Both the position numbers and the translations under genes were made by a program. 64,000 nucleotides of DNA from Mayamaea pseudoterrestris (lineage: Eukaryota), in the NCBI GenBank assembly GCA_027923505.1, contig BROI01000032.1, positions 1 through 64,000 of the forward strand, given 5' to 3'. The notes under the pieces were generated by a model that saw nothing but the letters and a program-made list of their open reading frames with translations, did no database searches and was not told the origin of the DNA. Positions 19,124-29,279 of this stretch are shown here, in pieces (position 1 is the stretch's first letter; the number at the start of each line of letters is the position of its first letter).

Positions 19124-22100
19124 CCCTTCCCTTGGAGAGCGATGGCTTCAGGCATTGAATCCATCTTGTAGTACTCATCCTCTCCAACTAGGATCCGTGC
19201 ATGGCGATTGAAGGTAGAAAGGTCCAAGTTCTTGGTGAAGATGTCGGCAGTGTTCTTCTTGGTTTCAATGTACTTGACAAGGAGGATGCCGTGTTCTTTG
19301 AGCTCTCGAGCGAAGTTGTGGCGTACGTCAACATGGCGTGTGCGCCCTCCTGTCTTCCAGCTGTTGATGATGTCGATTGCGCCGCTGTTGTCCATTTCCA
19401 GGACCATTGGCAGTTGGACTTTGAGGCCTATTGACTGAAGAATGGCATGTGTGTGAAGCATGTCTTGTATGACGTCGGTACCTGCGGACATTTCGGACTC
19501 AGTTACTGAAAGGGAGACATGTTTCTGTAGGCGGCAAACTTCGGCGACGGGAACGCCTTCAAGGTAGGTGATGCCACCGGAATGACTCTTGTGCTTGTCG
19601 GGATCCTTGGCGTAATCTGAATCGCTTCTGGCGCTGATGATAAAGACGTGGTTTGGGCCGGTATACTCGCGGTTTGGGAGGAACAGTCTGCCTCTCTTTG
19701 GTGTTGCACACATGTAGCGGATGGCTCGGTACATGGCTTTCTCGTGGGCTTCTTCTCCCGTCTTCATGGCTCGGCATAAGTCATTTATGGCGTAGAGTGT
19801 CTCTGGTCGAGACCATCGGGCGAGGTAAAGTAGTTTGCCTAGGCCTTGTCGAAGGGTCGTCTGCTTGTTGTTGCTTAGGGCGGAAGGATCGCCTTCTTTG
19901 ACGCATGGTAGCACCGTCCCGGGTTGAGCAGGAACGCATGCCTCTTGGCGTTTCGGCGGAGGGATTGTAAACTCGTCTTGTAAGCTTTGTAGGAGGACTG
20001 GTTGCGTCCATCGCATGTAGTTTTCGCCTCGTTCAATCTTGCAACCGATGTACTCGTCCATTGGTCCACCGTCTTCGCCGTCAAAGTGCTGTAGAAGTTG
20101 TTTCTTGGTGTCTTCAATCATGTCTGGAGGGCCGCTTAACAGGAGATCGTCGATGTGCGAGACGATGTGCATGTGGCGGTCGCCATCTTGTTTGTAAAAC
20201 AGGCAAGGGTCGGCAACGCTCCGTTCAAATCCTATTTGTCGAAGTGCTTTGACCAGTTGGTCCCAGAACGCTCGCGCAGCTTGTTTAGTTCCGTATAGCG
20301 TGCGCTTGAGTAGCCAAACGTGATTGGGTGGATAGTCGTCTTGGAAACCTTCAGGTATGTGCATGTAACACTCGTGGCCTTCGTCAAACGTGCCGTAGAG
20401 GAATGCTCCGCTTATATCGAAGATGTGTGGCTCGTATCCCATCATGATGGCAAGAGTTGTGACAATCTTGATGGACGTTGGCGATGCTACTGGAGATGAG
20501 ATCTTGTTGCTGTCGTAATGGATTCCGTCTTCTTGTTCGTAGCCTCTTGCTGTGATTCGTGCTTTGTATGTGCCGTTTGACTTCTTCTTGAGCACCCACT
20601 TGCTTGTCATGCACTTTGTTCGAGGTGGTATCATGCTGCGTGAAACGACTTGGAATGTGCCGTGCTTGATGAGGTTGTCCTTCTCTTTGCGAATTGCCTT
20701 GATCCATTCGGGACGCTCTGGACTGCCCATGGCTTGCTTGAACTTGATCGTATGCAACTCTTCTGTGTTGATGAATCCGCCTCCAATGCCTGCTCCAACG
20801 CACGCAAACTCTCCGAGTGTGGGAATGGGAGACGCGTCGTAGAAGATGCTTGCACTAGACGGCGTGCTGGGCATGTCGCGGAAGAAGTATTCAAAGGTGG
20901 AATTCGTGGGCTCGTTCGGTGGTTCGCTTGTCTCGTCGAGGTTTAAATGGATTTCTGCAGGGATCAAGTCGGCGCTATGGAAGCTTTGTTGATCTTCATG
21001 GTCATTTTCTTGTTGGTATGGCGAATCATGGACGGATGTATGTGTGTCGTCGAGAATCGTTGAAGAGGGAACGTGTAGGAGATCGGCCATGATGGCAAGT
21101 TGTTCTGGCGGTAGATCGATTTGCTGGTTTGTCGACTCGTCGCTTTCGTCTTGTGTCTCGGTGACTAGTATAGATGTTTTATCTTCATGGTCATCTGGGT
21201 TGAAACCCTTCCCGAGTTGAAGAGTCGGGCTGCAAACGTTGGAGACTCGAGTCGTGATCACTGTTTCGATAGACGCTTGAGGTGCGGCTGGTTGAGGTGC
21301 GGGACGTCCATTTGCTTGGGTGAGCTCTTCTTCATATTCATCGTCGTCTGCATTAATGTCCCACAGCTCGATTGCTTGACTGTCTCCTGCACTGCTATGG
21401 TCGTCGGCTCTTGGGACTAAGTCGGGTATGGAATCATTTAATGATACGGAGTCGTCGTCGCGCTCGTGTGATGGCTCGTAGGCAGCTTCGTAACGTTGAT
21501 CTTGTGTAGGCAAACAGAAACTATCTTCGTTGCCCCATAGTTCAGGAGCTTCGCTGTCACCTGCGCTGCTGTAGTCGTCATTTCGAGGTACCAGAGGAGG
21601 TATGGACCCGTTCGATGAGACTGATTCTTCGTCTTGCTGGTCGTCATATGGTCGGTGGTGGAATTCTTGCTCGTCAGACTCGCAGTACTTGTTATATTCT
21701 GATTCAGCTGATCGGTCACTGTCATAGCCGTTGTCGCATGCGTTGTATAGTGTTGTGCGATTGCCGAATCGTTCGTCGAGTGCGGCAAGTATGGCGGCGA
21801 ATGTTGCAGGATTGGTCGGATCGAATCGAGTTGGTGTTCTTGTTTCTCGCGTGGTGCGACGCAGGCCACCAGGATTTGATCGTGTGGAGCGTGTAGATGA
21901 TCTTGAGCTTTGCGATCCTCGTGAGTGATTTGATGAGAATCGAGCGATGTGTCTTTGAATTGCGTTTGCTTGGCGATCGGCGATTGTAGTATGCGCTCTT
22001 GGAGATTGAGGCGTATTGAGTATGTCTGTTCCTTCTTCTTGCGCGCTTGTTGGTGCATTCGCATTTGGGTGGTATATTGTAAGTGCAGTTGGATTGAAGG

Positions 22101-25100
22101 TGTCGGGCGCTGATTGGATTGAGTTTGTTGGTGAGGCTTCCGATGCTTCTGGAGTGTCATGGTCAGTCAGATCAATCAGCGAGGTAGATCGTGTCAGGAT
22201 GCGCTTTGTATGGAACGTTGGTTTCTTCTTGTTCTTGTCGTCTGGAGATTTCGCGGGTGGCGGCGGCAAATTCCCATGGTGATGCGGTGAGAAAAGACTG
22301 CTGTAGTTGCTGCTGCAGGAAATGACGTCAATGAGTGGTGTAGTGACGATTTCGTGACGCGGGGGCTTAGGTTGAAAGTACGGTCGGTGAAGAAATGTGA
22401 CGTCCTTGACGTCATGTACGCGATTGGTCTCGGGATTGAAGACGCGATAGCATCTGCTCGGGTGATTTTTGCTGTAGCCGACAAAGATGCCTTGGAATCC
22501 TTTTGGTGCTAGATGAGACTTTAATCCGGATATCACGACAGTGACTGCTTCGCCGTATGGATGTAGATTCTTGATGATGGGCGACTCGGTGCCGTAGAAG
22601 TGTTTGAATCGAGTTGCTAGAGTGCTCTTGTGCTCGACGATAGCAAGATTGTCCATGTCAGTTGAGTATTCGAAGGCAGATGGTGCCAAATGAAACCGAA
22701 TTGAAGGTGGAATGTTTTGAGCTGTAAATATGGCTCGCGTGCGATTAGTGAGCGTCGGGAATCCAATTTCGACAAGACTGTTTTGTTGCGGGGTGTCTCT
22801 CGCAGTCCATTCGATCTCGATCGGCAATTTCCAAGCGGAGCTCTTCATTGACTTGGCTAATGCTTGGTTCTCTCCGGCGTTGTCCATTCGAAGGTATTTG
22901 ACTGTAATGCCGCGTTGGATGAGATAGTAGAGCATCTGGCATGTCGGCTCAACGATTTCCCCTTTGGTGCGGTACATGGCGCTGTGCTTGTAGCCTGTCG
23001 CTTCGTCGACAATGAGTTGCCATTGCGGTTGTATGGAGGAGAATCCAAGTTCTGATTTGCTCTTCATGACTCTAAATGAAGAGAGGTCCATGTAAAGTCG
23101 CTCGCCTGGCTCTGTGGCTCGGATGCGCGGCGATATTTGAGGGACCGGTTGCTTCTTGGCCTTGCCTATTGCGCAGGCAACACACTTGTTCTTGGACGAT
23201 CCGTGTATTTCCCATCTAAAGTGCTTGGCAATTGCGAGTGTCATTTGGGGGCTTTGGTGTCCACACAGTTCGTGCATTTGTTTGTAGGAGAGACGGCGTG
23301 TCGGAAGCAAGTTGGCTGCAATCATGGCGAACTCGTTACGAGGCGCTTGAACTAATGGCATTGGAATGACTCGTCTCAAGTACATGCAGTAAAGATGACC
23401 TCGCTTGGTAGGAATCAGCAAGTCGAAGACGATGGAGTGTTGGTTTTCTTTCTCTAGCCAAATCTTCTTGTTGCCGCTGCGGAGGTTCCATCCTGTCGCT
23501 AAACGTTGAGTGATGCTGAACAGATTGAAGGCGCAGTCGGGCGCGTAAGCAACGTTGTTGAGGACTCCTTGGTAGAGAGGATTGCCAAATCGATCGCAGG
23601 CGTCGACGCGAAGCTTCGCCATGGTTTGAATGTCGGCGACTGTTTGATTTCCCATTGTGATGCCTTCATTTCGTATCTGACGGGCATCGAACAGGCCTTC
23701 TGGATGAGGTGTACAGTCGACGGTTGCTGCGGTATCGCCGATGAAGATTTCAGGATGCTTCAGGATATCCAAGTTGGTTGGACACGTAATGGATTCGTGG
23801 ATAGTTGCGAGGGCGAATTCGTTGTTGTTGTTGTTTCTTCGAACCGCGTAGGCATTGGCGCTTACGTTGTATCTCAATGCATTGAATGGATTTGGGCTTT
23901 CGTGTTGCAGTTGATTTGAATTGCGAGCTGGAGGCTGGTATCTGCGTGCGCGTTGCTCTGCTGCTTCGCGTGCGTCTCTTGCCTCGCGTTCTGCAAGGAG
24001 GTCTAGTAGTTCCTGTCGTTCTGCTTCTCTCTCGCTTTCTGGAAATTGATCGAGGTAGTTGAAAGTCGTTAAGTCTTTGCTGAATTCCAAGCCGACGTTG
24101 CGGAGGTCTTCTTCTAGTGTGCTGCGCGTTCGCAATGTTCCTTCGAGTGCTCGTCTTTTGACTTCCTTGGCAATTGCATGATCGATGACGACTTTTAAAC
24201 GTTCGTCAAACAGTGCTTCCTCGTCTTCTTCATTGATTTCTTCGAACCAGAAGATGAGATCCTTGAGGAAACGCCTTTGGCTGAAACGTTCAAGCATGCA
24301 CAGTCGTGCGGCGCTTGCAGGGTTTGTCTCGATGTCTTGCTCATCCTTCTTTATTTGTTGGATGGTGGTTTCGTAGCGCGCTCGAGAAACGACATGCTCA
24401 GGCGCTTGATTGCGGTGTTCCCAGGATTGAAGAAAAGCTTGATAGCCTTCATAGGTGAAGGAGTCTGATCCGTAACTTTGACTGCTTGGGTATGCATCTG
24501 AATCGTAAGTTGCGTCGTCTGAATTGGTTTCTTCGTCGCCAGGATTGCTCATGATGATTTCGACTCGCTCTGTATCCCAGACTCGAAGACCGGTGTATTG
24601 GTAGTAGCGGTCTCGCGTTGAGTCAATTGCTTCTTGATGCGTAAAGGCGTGTGGCATGGCTATGTGCTCGAGAAAGAACTCTTGTAGATCTGCAAACATC
24701 ACTTTTACGGCGTCTGACAGCTCGTATAGTGGAGGGTTGATGAACAGGACGCTTTGCAAGACGTGGAATGGCGGTAGATCACTCGAGTTGGCTTGTGGCG
24801 GAATGTTGTTTGGAATCCTTGGAGCAAAGGTTGGATACAAGTGCTCGACTTCTTTTAGCTCGTCTGCTGTGAGGAAGTCTTTGGGTAGCCAGTCTCCTCG
24901 CCATTGCGCAAAGCTTGTCGCTACGAGTTCTTCTACACTTTCTTCTTCTTTCAATTCAATTGGAGGACTTGTTGTTGGAGTTGAATCTTTGTCGGCGCTG
25001 CAAGTTGTGACGTTGTCGGTGCGCTCATGTGTGTCGCATTCGTTGGCGTTTGTGGTTGTTGGCTCAAGATTAGTGGCTTCAGTTGTGTCGCTGCTCGTTG

Positions 25101-27129
25101 TGACGTTATTGGTGCTTTGCGTAGCGTCGTAGACGTGGTAGGAGTCGTTGAGGTTGTTTGCTTGCTCTTCAATTGATGAGTGCACTTGTTGCTCTGATTT
25201 ACTTGGCTCGTCTTGTTTGTGGAATGGCAGACCCTTCCCGTCTTCTTGCTTCGTTTGCTCAAGTGTTTCAATGTTTTGAATTAAAGTGCTGAAGTGTCTC
25301 CGTTCTTGCTCGGTTGGAGTCTTGTTGTTGACAAACTCGTCTTCAAAGTCGCTTTCTTCTTCATCACTTGTGCTTGGGTCGCCGCATATGGATGCCCAAC
25401 TGCGTCCTTTGAGATTTGACGATGGAAGATTTGGCTTTGGCTTTGGTGACTCACTCGTTGTGGACAACTTTGTTAAAGGCACCAATTCGACGGCTTGCTT
25501 CTTGTTGGTGGAGCTTGACGTTGGTCTTGCGCGTTTCGTTCGAGTTGTTGGTGGTGCTGGAGGCTGCTCGATTGATGAATCGTCTTCCGATGAATAGTCT
25601 TTAATCTGATGTGGCTGTAGACCGCGCCAGTTGGTTTGTGGGTATAAAGGCGACGGTGTTGGAGCTGCAGGAGTGCGGGTAGGGAGTGCTGGATAAGTTT
25701 CATCAACTAAGTCGGCATGTATGAAGGCAAATTCGCTCCTTGAGTTTGTAGAAGGATAACGGCGGCTTGAAGAGGAACGTTGCGAAGAGGAACGATGCGA
25801 TCGCTGAGTCAACTGAAGGGCTTCGTGTACTGCTGCAAGTCCTTGTTCGAGTAGTAATGGCGCTTGACGAGGCACTTGTTCGCGCATGATGGTTCGCGGG
25901 TGAGGCTCTTGACGATGGTTTTGATGATCAAGTTGGCGCGGTTGCTCTTGTTGATCTCGGCGACGATAATCATTGTCTCTTGGTTGGTCTCTTGCGCGCT
26001 CGTTGTTGCGATTCTGTCGATAACGACGGTCTTCTTGCTGATCATCTTGTGGAAGACGACGATCTTGCTGTCGATTTGAATTGCGAGGACGCTCTCTTGG
26101 TCGTTCTAAACCACGCTCTTGTTGCTCTCGTGCTTCTTCATCTTCCAATTGACGACGAGCTTCGATTGACAAGCGAGTGTTCCATCCTCGAGGACGACGG
26201 TGGGCGTTTTCGACTCGTTCAAAGCAGTCGGCGCTTCGATGATACGGTTGATGGCAAAGGTAGCATTTGAATGATGGTGGATTTCGCGTGTTGTTATAGT
26301 TGGTTTGCGGGCGTTCATTGCGAGTTGGCGGCGCTTGATGCTGACGAGTGTTTTGTTGGCGTGAAGTTTCTTGTTGCGGCGGTTCTGGTTGTGCTGCATA
26401 TAGAACAATCTCGTTGACTCCTTGTATTAAAGCTTCTTCATCTTCTGCTGCGTAAATCGTTTGGTAGATAGTCGACACGACGCCCTCCATTTCGGTCTTG
26501 GTCAGGGCGCGTTGCTTGGTCTTTTGCTCTTGCGCTAAAGCGAGGCAGTATTGAGGCGGCAGCTTGTTCATGAGCGTAGCCATCAGGTCTTCTGCAAGAA
26601 GCGTTTGGTTGAACTTGATGGCTTGCGATTGCATGAGGTCGATGAGGTCTTGAGGGTTTGCTGTTGGTCGTTCGAGCTTGAGATTTTGAATGCTTCGTCG
26701 GTAAAGTGTTGGCGCCATGAACTTGTCTGGAGAAAACTTGATTTCCAATGCGTTGATAACCTTCCAAGCTTCGCCTCCTGGATACTCTGTTGATTCTGCT
26801 CCGACAAGATGGTCGTTCAACTCGGGGAATGGCGACAATGCGATGGAAAGCATTTGCATGAGCGTTTCATTCTGCTTGCGTTCCGCTTGTTTGTTTCGAA
26901 TGATTTGGATTTCGTCTGCTGTTGCGTTAGCTGCGGGATCAGTAATGACTTCATTTTGAGTAGCTGGTAAGTGCTCGGGTCGACTGCCTCTTATAGGACG
27001 GCGGCAGCCTGCAATTCTTGCATGATTCTTGAACTGGTTGAACCATGATGGAAAGGCTTCGATGGTGTTGGTTATCTTTGGCGTTTTGTAGAGCGCATTC
27101 ATAGTGATGTCTTCTTGTTGGTCGGTCAT
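18733..27129 (-). CDS. Copia Gag-Pol polyprotein (2798 aa), unit 1
   Basis: Zinc knuckle CYLCHQPYHRSADC; protease IGDTAAT; integrase HELCGH..CVAC, YMD, RMDNAGE, PQQNSLVE, GIFVGYS; RT KARITARGYEQ, FDISGAFL, LYGTKQAAR, HIDD; RNase H DSDYA, TESE, DNSGA, ADIFTK. Confidence 0.97.
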   Translation of the reverse strand: MTDQQEDITMNALYKTPKITNTIEAFPSWFNQFKNHARIAGCRRPIRGSRPEHLPATQNEVITDPAANATADEIQIIRNKQAERKQNETLMQMLSIALSPFPELNDHLVGAESTEYPGGEAWKVINALEIKFSPDKFMAPTLYRRSIQNLKLERPTANPQDLIDLMQSQAIKFNQTLLAEDLMATLMNKLPPQYCLALAQEQKTKQRALTKTEMEGVVSTIYQTIYAAEDEEALIQGVNEIVLYAAQPEPPQQETSRQQNTRQHQAPPTRNERPQTNYNNTRNPPSFKCYLCHQPYHRSADCFERVENAHRRPRGWNTRLSIEARRQLEDEEAREQQERGLERPRERPRNSNRQQDRRLPQDDQQEDRRYRQNRNNERARDQPRDNDYRRRDQQEQPRQLDHQNHRQEPHPRTIMREQVPRQAPLLLEQGLAAVHEALQLTQRSHRSSSQRSSSSRRYPSTNSRSEFAFIHADLVDETYPALPTRTPAAPTPSPLYPQTNWRGLQPHQIKDYSSEDDSSIEQPPAPPTTRTKRARPTSSSTNKKQAVELVPLTKLSTTSESPKPKPNLPSSNLKGRSWASICGDPSTSDEEESDFEDEFVNNKTPTEQERRHFSTLIQNIETLEQTKQEDGKGLPFHKQDEPSKSEQQVHSSIEEQANNLNDSYHVYDATQSTNNVTTSSDTTEATNLEPTTTNANECDTHERTDNVTTCSADKDSTPTTSPPIELKEEESVEELVATSFAQWRGDWLPKDFLTADELKEVEHLYPTFAPRIPNNIPPQANSSDLPPFHVLQSVLFINPPLYELSDAVKVMFADLQEFFLEHIAMPHAFTHQEAIDSTRDRYYQYTGLRVWDTERVEIIMSNPGDEETNSDDATYDSDAYPSSQSYGSDSFTYEGYQAFLQSWEHRNQAPEHVVSRARYETTIQQIKKDEQDIETNPASAARLCMLERFSQRRFLKDLIFWFEEINEEDEEALFDERLKVVIDHAIAKEVKRRALEGTLRTRSTLEEDLRNVGLEFSKDLTTFNYLDQFPESEREAERQELLDLLAEREARDAREAAEQRARRYQPPARNSNQLQHESPNPFNALRYNVSANAYAVRRNNNNNEFALATIHESITCPTNLDILKHPEIFIGDTAATVDCTPHPEGLFDARQIRNEGITMGNQTVADIQTMAKLRVDACDRFGNPLYQGVLNNVAYAPDCAFNLFSITQRLATGWNLRSGNKKIWLEKENQHSIVFDLLIPTKRGHLYCMYLRRVIPMPLVQAPRNEFAMIAANLLPTRRLSYKQMHELCGHQSPQMTLAIAKHFRWEIHGSSKNKCVACAIGKAKKQPVPQISPRIRATEPGERLYMDLSSFRVMKSKSELGFSSIQPQWQLIVDEATGYKHSAMYRTKGEIVEPTCQMLYYLIQRGITVKYLRMDNAGENQALAKSMKSSAWKLPIEIEWTARDTPQQNSLVEIGFPTLTNRTRAIFTAQNIPPSIRFHLAPSAFEYSTDMDNLAIVEHKSTLATRFKHFYGTESPIIKNLHPYGEAVTVVISGLKSHLAPKGFQGIFVGYSKNHPSRCYRVFNPETNRVHDVKDVTFLHRPYFQPKPPRHEIVTTPLIDVISCSSNYSSLFSPHHHGNLPPPPAKSPDDKNKKKPTFHTKRILTRSTSLIDLTDHDTPEASEASPTNSIQSAPDTFNPTALTIYHPNANAPTSAQEEGTDILNTPQSPRAHTTIADRQANAIQRHIARFSSNHSRGSQSSRSSTRSTRSNPGGLRRTTRETRTPTRFDPTNPATFAAILAALDERFGNRTTLYNACDNGYDSDRSAESEYNKYCESDEQEFHHRPYDDQQDEESVSSNGSIPPLVPRNDDYSSAGDSEAPELWGNEDSFCLPTQDQRYEAAYEPSHERDDDSVSLNDSIPDLVPRADDHSSAGDSQAIELWDINADDDEYEEELTQANGRPAPQPAAPQASIETVITTRVSNVCSPTLQLGKGFNPDDHEDKTSILVTETQDESDESTNQQIDLPPEQLAIMADLLHVPSSTILDDTHTSVHDSPYQQENDHEDQQSFHSADLIPAEIHLNLDETSEPPNEPTNSTFEYFFRDMPSTPSSASIFYDASPIPTLGEFACVGAGIGGGFINTEELHTIKFKQAMGSPERPEWIKAIRKEKDNLIKHGTFQVVSRSMIPPRTKCMTSKWVLKKKSNGTYKARITARGYEQEDGIHYDSNKISSPVASPTSIKIVTTLAIMMGYEPHIFDISGAFLYGTFDEGHECYMHIPEGFQDDYPPNHVWLLKRTLYGTKQAARAFWDQLVKALRQIGFERSVADPCLFYKQDGDRHMHIVSHIDDLLLSGPPDMIEDTKKQLLQHFDGEDGGPMDEYIGCKIERGENYMRWTQPVLLQSLQDEFTIPPPKRQEACVPAQPGTVLPCVKEGDPSALSNNKQTTLRQGLGKLLYLARWSRPETLYAINDLCRAMKTGEEAHEKAMYRAIRYMCATPKRGRLFLPNREYTGPNHVFIISARSDSDYAKDPDKHKSHSGGITYLEGVPVAEVCRLQKHVSLSVTESEMSAGTDVIQDMLHTHAILQSIGLKVQLPMVLEMDNSGAIDIINSWKTGGRTRHVDVRHNFARELKEHGILLVKYIETKKNTADIFTKNLDLSTFNRHARILVGEDEYYKMDSMPEAIALQGKGAGIPVLADEQSNIEKDIDTVSAAPRHGTSRSRPHSYDGESRKSATGPNPTHFTVPEEFTTDNRRKTTTGTSNTGTGVHSECWASTERSRANTTSSEDYTANSVDGREPSRLRDGQYKMTRPVDNIHTYE
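19124..19133 (-). other. Polypurine tract (AAGGGAAGGG) abutting the 3' LTR; second copy at 30366-30375
   Basis: cccttccctt on the plus strand directly next to the LTR boundary. Confidence 0.85.
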
Positions 27130-27137
27130 GGTTGCGA

Positions 27138-29141
27138 TTAGAATGTGTAGTAAAAGTTTTGGCTATTGGTCGGACGTTGATAGCTAACGTTGTTGTCGGC
27201 GAATGGAGATTGACGGTTTGGGGTAGCTAAACGTTGCTGACGTGGCCAATTGAGTTGCTGATGTGACGGAGTTTGAAAACGTGAACGAGCGTGGAACTGC
27301 TGAGCGTGTTGATCGCGACGATGGACACGTTGTTGATTTGTCACTTGTCGATTTCGTTGAGCTTGTAAGTGCAGCTGTCGTTGTTGTTGATTAAGAAGAT
27401 GATTTAAACGAGTTACTTGAGCTTGAAGACTGTTTATATCGCGTGTATGATGAGTTGTAGTGTTGCGCGTGTCGTTGATGCGAGGCTGGACTCGAAGGGT
27501 TGGATTGGAGGTTCGGTTTTGCTGTCGGGTTGGCGTGACGATTCGATTCGCTTGTTGCTGTCTTAAACGCTGCTGGTAAGGACGATTGCTGTTCGTTTCG
27601 TTGCGTCGTTGATTGCGTCTTTGACTAACAGTGATTCGATTGCGTTGAAGATTGATCGAAGCTTGTTGCGTTGTTGATGCGCGCTCTTGACTTGCTTGTC
27701 GCTGTCCGTTTCGTTGTTGAAAGAGTGCTTGACGACGGTCTTCGACGCTTTGAACTGCTGCGATGCGAGGTGCTTCTTGGTAAGTGCTTGAAACGTTCTG
27801 TGAGCGAAGAGTTTGTTGCGATGGTCTCGTGTCTTGGCGATGCGCTTGTCTAACTGGCGCTTGATTTGCTTCTTGTTGGCGAATTGAATTGATTGATCGG
27901 CAAGTATGCGTCGTGCTTGTTGGCGATGTCTCTAATTGCTCGTTGACTGGCGATGAGTTGCTGCTTGGCGAGGGTACGTGTGTTTGCGTATTGGCGATGC
28001 ACACAGAACAAGCGCACGTCGTCTCTGTGTTTATATCTGGTACTTCAGAAAGTCTTTGCAAGTCTTGACGTCTGTTTTCTTCGTCCTTTTGAAGCAGGAA
28101 ACGAGTCTTCTTGAGGAAGTAAAGAGTTACTGGATGCGATAGGTCTTTTGCTTCGAATTCGTCTCGCTCGTTGCGCAAAGTGTCTTCTAGTAGAAGAATC
28201 TCCTTCTCTTCGGGCGTGAAAGGATTGTTCGGTCGGCAAAGATCAAGGCTCTTGTAAAAGTCTGCTCGCTTTTCGTCAAGGAAGATTAATGACTTTGGAG
28301 AAAAGATGAAGGCTTTGAGAAAGGGTACGTTGCTGTCGATGTAACTTGTTTCGACGCCTGATTGTGCGGTTGACTCGGCAACTTTTGCTAATCCTTCTTC
28401 TTTGAATTCTTCCGCAATGTGACTGTAAAACACTTCGTTGTTGGCAAGGTCTTTAAACTGATTGAAGCGCTGCTCACAAGCTTGTTCCGGGTCGATTGGC
28501 TTTGATGAAGGCGGCGGTAGAATGCCTCGAAAGATCCAGGCGAAACGCTTGTCTTCTTCGTCCCAAGTCCAAGGGGTTGGAGGAGAGACGCGCGGGTCGT
28601 AACGATACCAGCCGTATCGAACGTTCGGGTGGTTGTAAACTGCTTTCTCTTCGTCAGTGGCGGGTCGTCCAGTTAGATGCCAGTCTTCGGGGTTGTTTGG
28701 TGAAAGACGACGAAGGCTGTCGCGTGGGTTGTACTCGGTTGGAAGTCGCTCTCGTTCTTGATTGCTTGCAATTTGATCGGCGGCGGTAAGTCGGATTACT
28801 GGGCGGCCTTCTGGAGCGACCGATTGAGGACTTGAAGGGTTGAACTCGTGTAAAGTAATGTTGGTGAAGAGGACGACGACTTGTAGAAGGCGTCGTGAAG
28901 AATTAAAGACTTGGCGGCTTGTGTTGAAGCGGCGAAGGAAACTGTAAAGAAGGCGCGTGACTTGTGGAGTGAGAGGCGACTTGAAAAGAGTGCTCGGCAG
29001 ACTAGGTAAAGTAGTTCTGCTCAACTGATGGAGACTTGAAATCTGCTCGACGACGTTGGCCTTGATCAAACGCTTGATCCGACTCGAGGTAAACTGAAAG
29101 ATAAAGGCAAAAGGGTCGCTTGTAGGCTTGCTCTTGCTCAC
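27138..29141 (-). CDS. Extra upstream ORF0 of the copia element (667 codons, no AUG; non-AUG start unknown), unit 1
   Basis: 2004 nt open frame ending 8 nt before the gag ATG; no Met codon. Aromatic/charged central region, CxCxxC, and a Q/R/N-rich basic C-terminal part. Confidence 0.7.
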   Translation of the reverse strand: MSKSKPTSDPFAFIFQFTSSRIKRLIKANVVEQISSLHQLSRTTLPSLPSTLFKSPLTPQVTRLLYSFLRRFNTSRQVFNSSRRLLQVVVLFTNITLHEFNPSSPQSVAPEGRPVIRLTAADQIASNQERERLPTEYNPRDSLRRLSPNNPEDWHLTGRPATDEEKAVYNHPNVRYGWYRYDPRVSPPTPWTWDEEDKRFAWIFRGILPPPSSKPIDPEQACEQRFNQFKDLANNEVFYSHIAEEFKEEGLAKVAESTAQSGVETSYIDSNVPFLKAFIFSPKSLIFLDEKRADFYKSLDLCRPNNPFTPEEKEILLLEDTLRNERDEFEAKDLSHPVTLYFLKKTRFLLQKDEENRRQDLQRLSEVPDINTETTCACSVCIANTQTHVPSPSSNSSPVNEQLETSPTSTTHTCRSINSIRQQEANQAPVRQAHRQDTRPSQQTLRSQNVSSTYQEAPRIAAVQSVEDRRQALFQQRNGQRQASQERASTTQQASINLQRNRITVSQRRNQRRNETNSNRPYQQRLRQQQANRIVTPTRQQNRTSNPTLRVQPRINDTRNTTTHHTRDINSLQAQVTRLNHLLNQQQRQLHLQAQRNRQVTNQQRVHRRDQHAQQFHARSRFQTPSHQQLNWPRQQRLATPNRQSPFADNNVSYQRPTNSQNFYYTF

Positions 29142-29279
29142 TCAATACTCCGCTTGTTGCTGCAGAGCTTTGGAAATTCGAGGTTGACAGAAAGGGCTTG
29201 AAGAAATCCGCGTCCGGTTTTGTTCAATGCTTTGGAAACTTGGTAAAAAGATCTTGGTTCAATCGGCAAGTAATTACTT

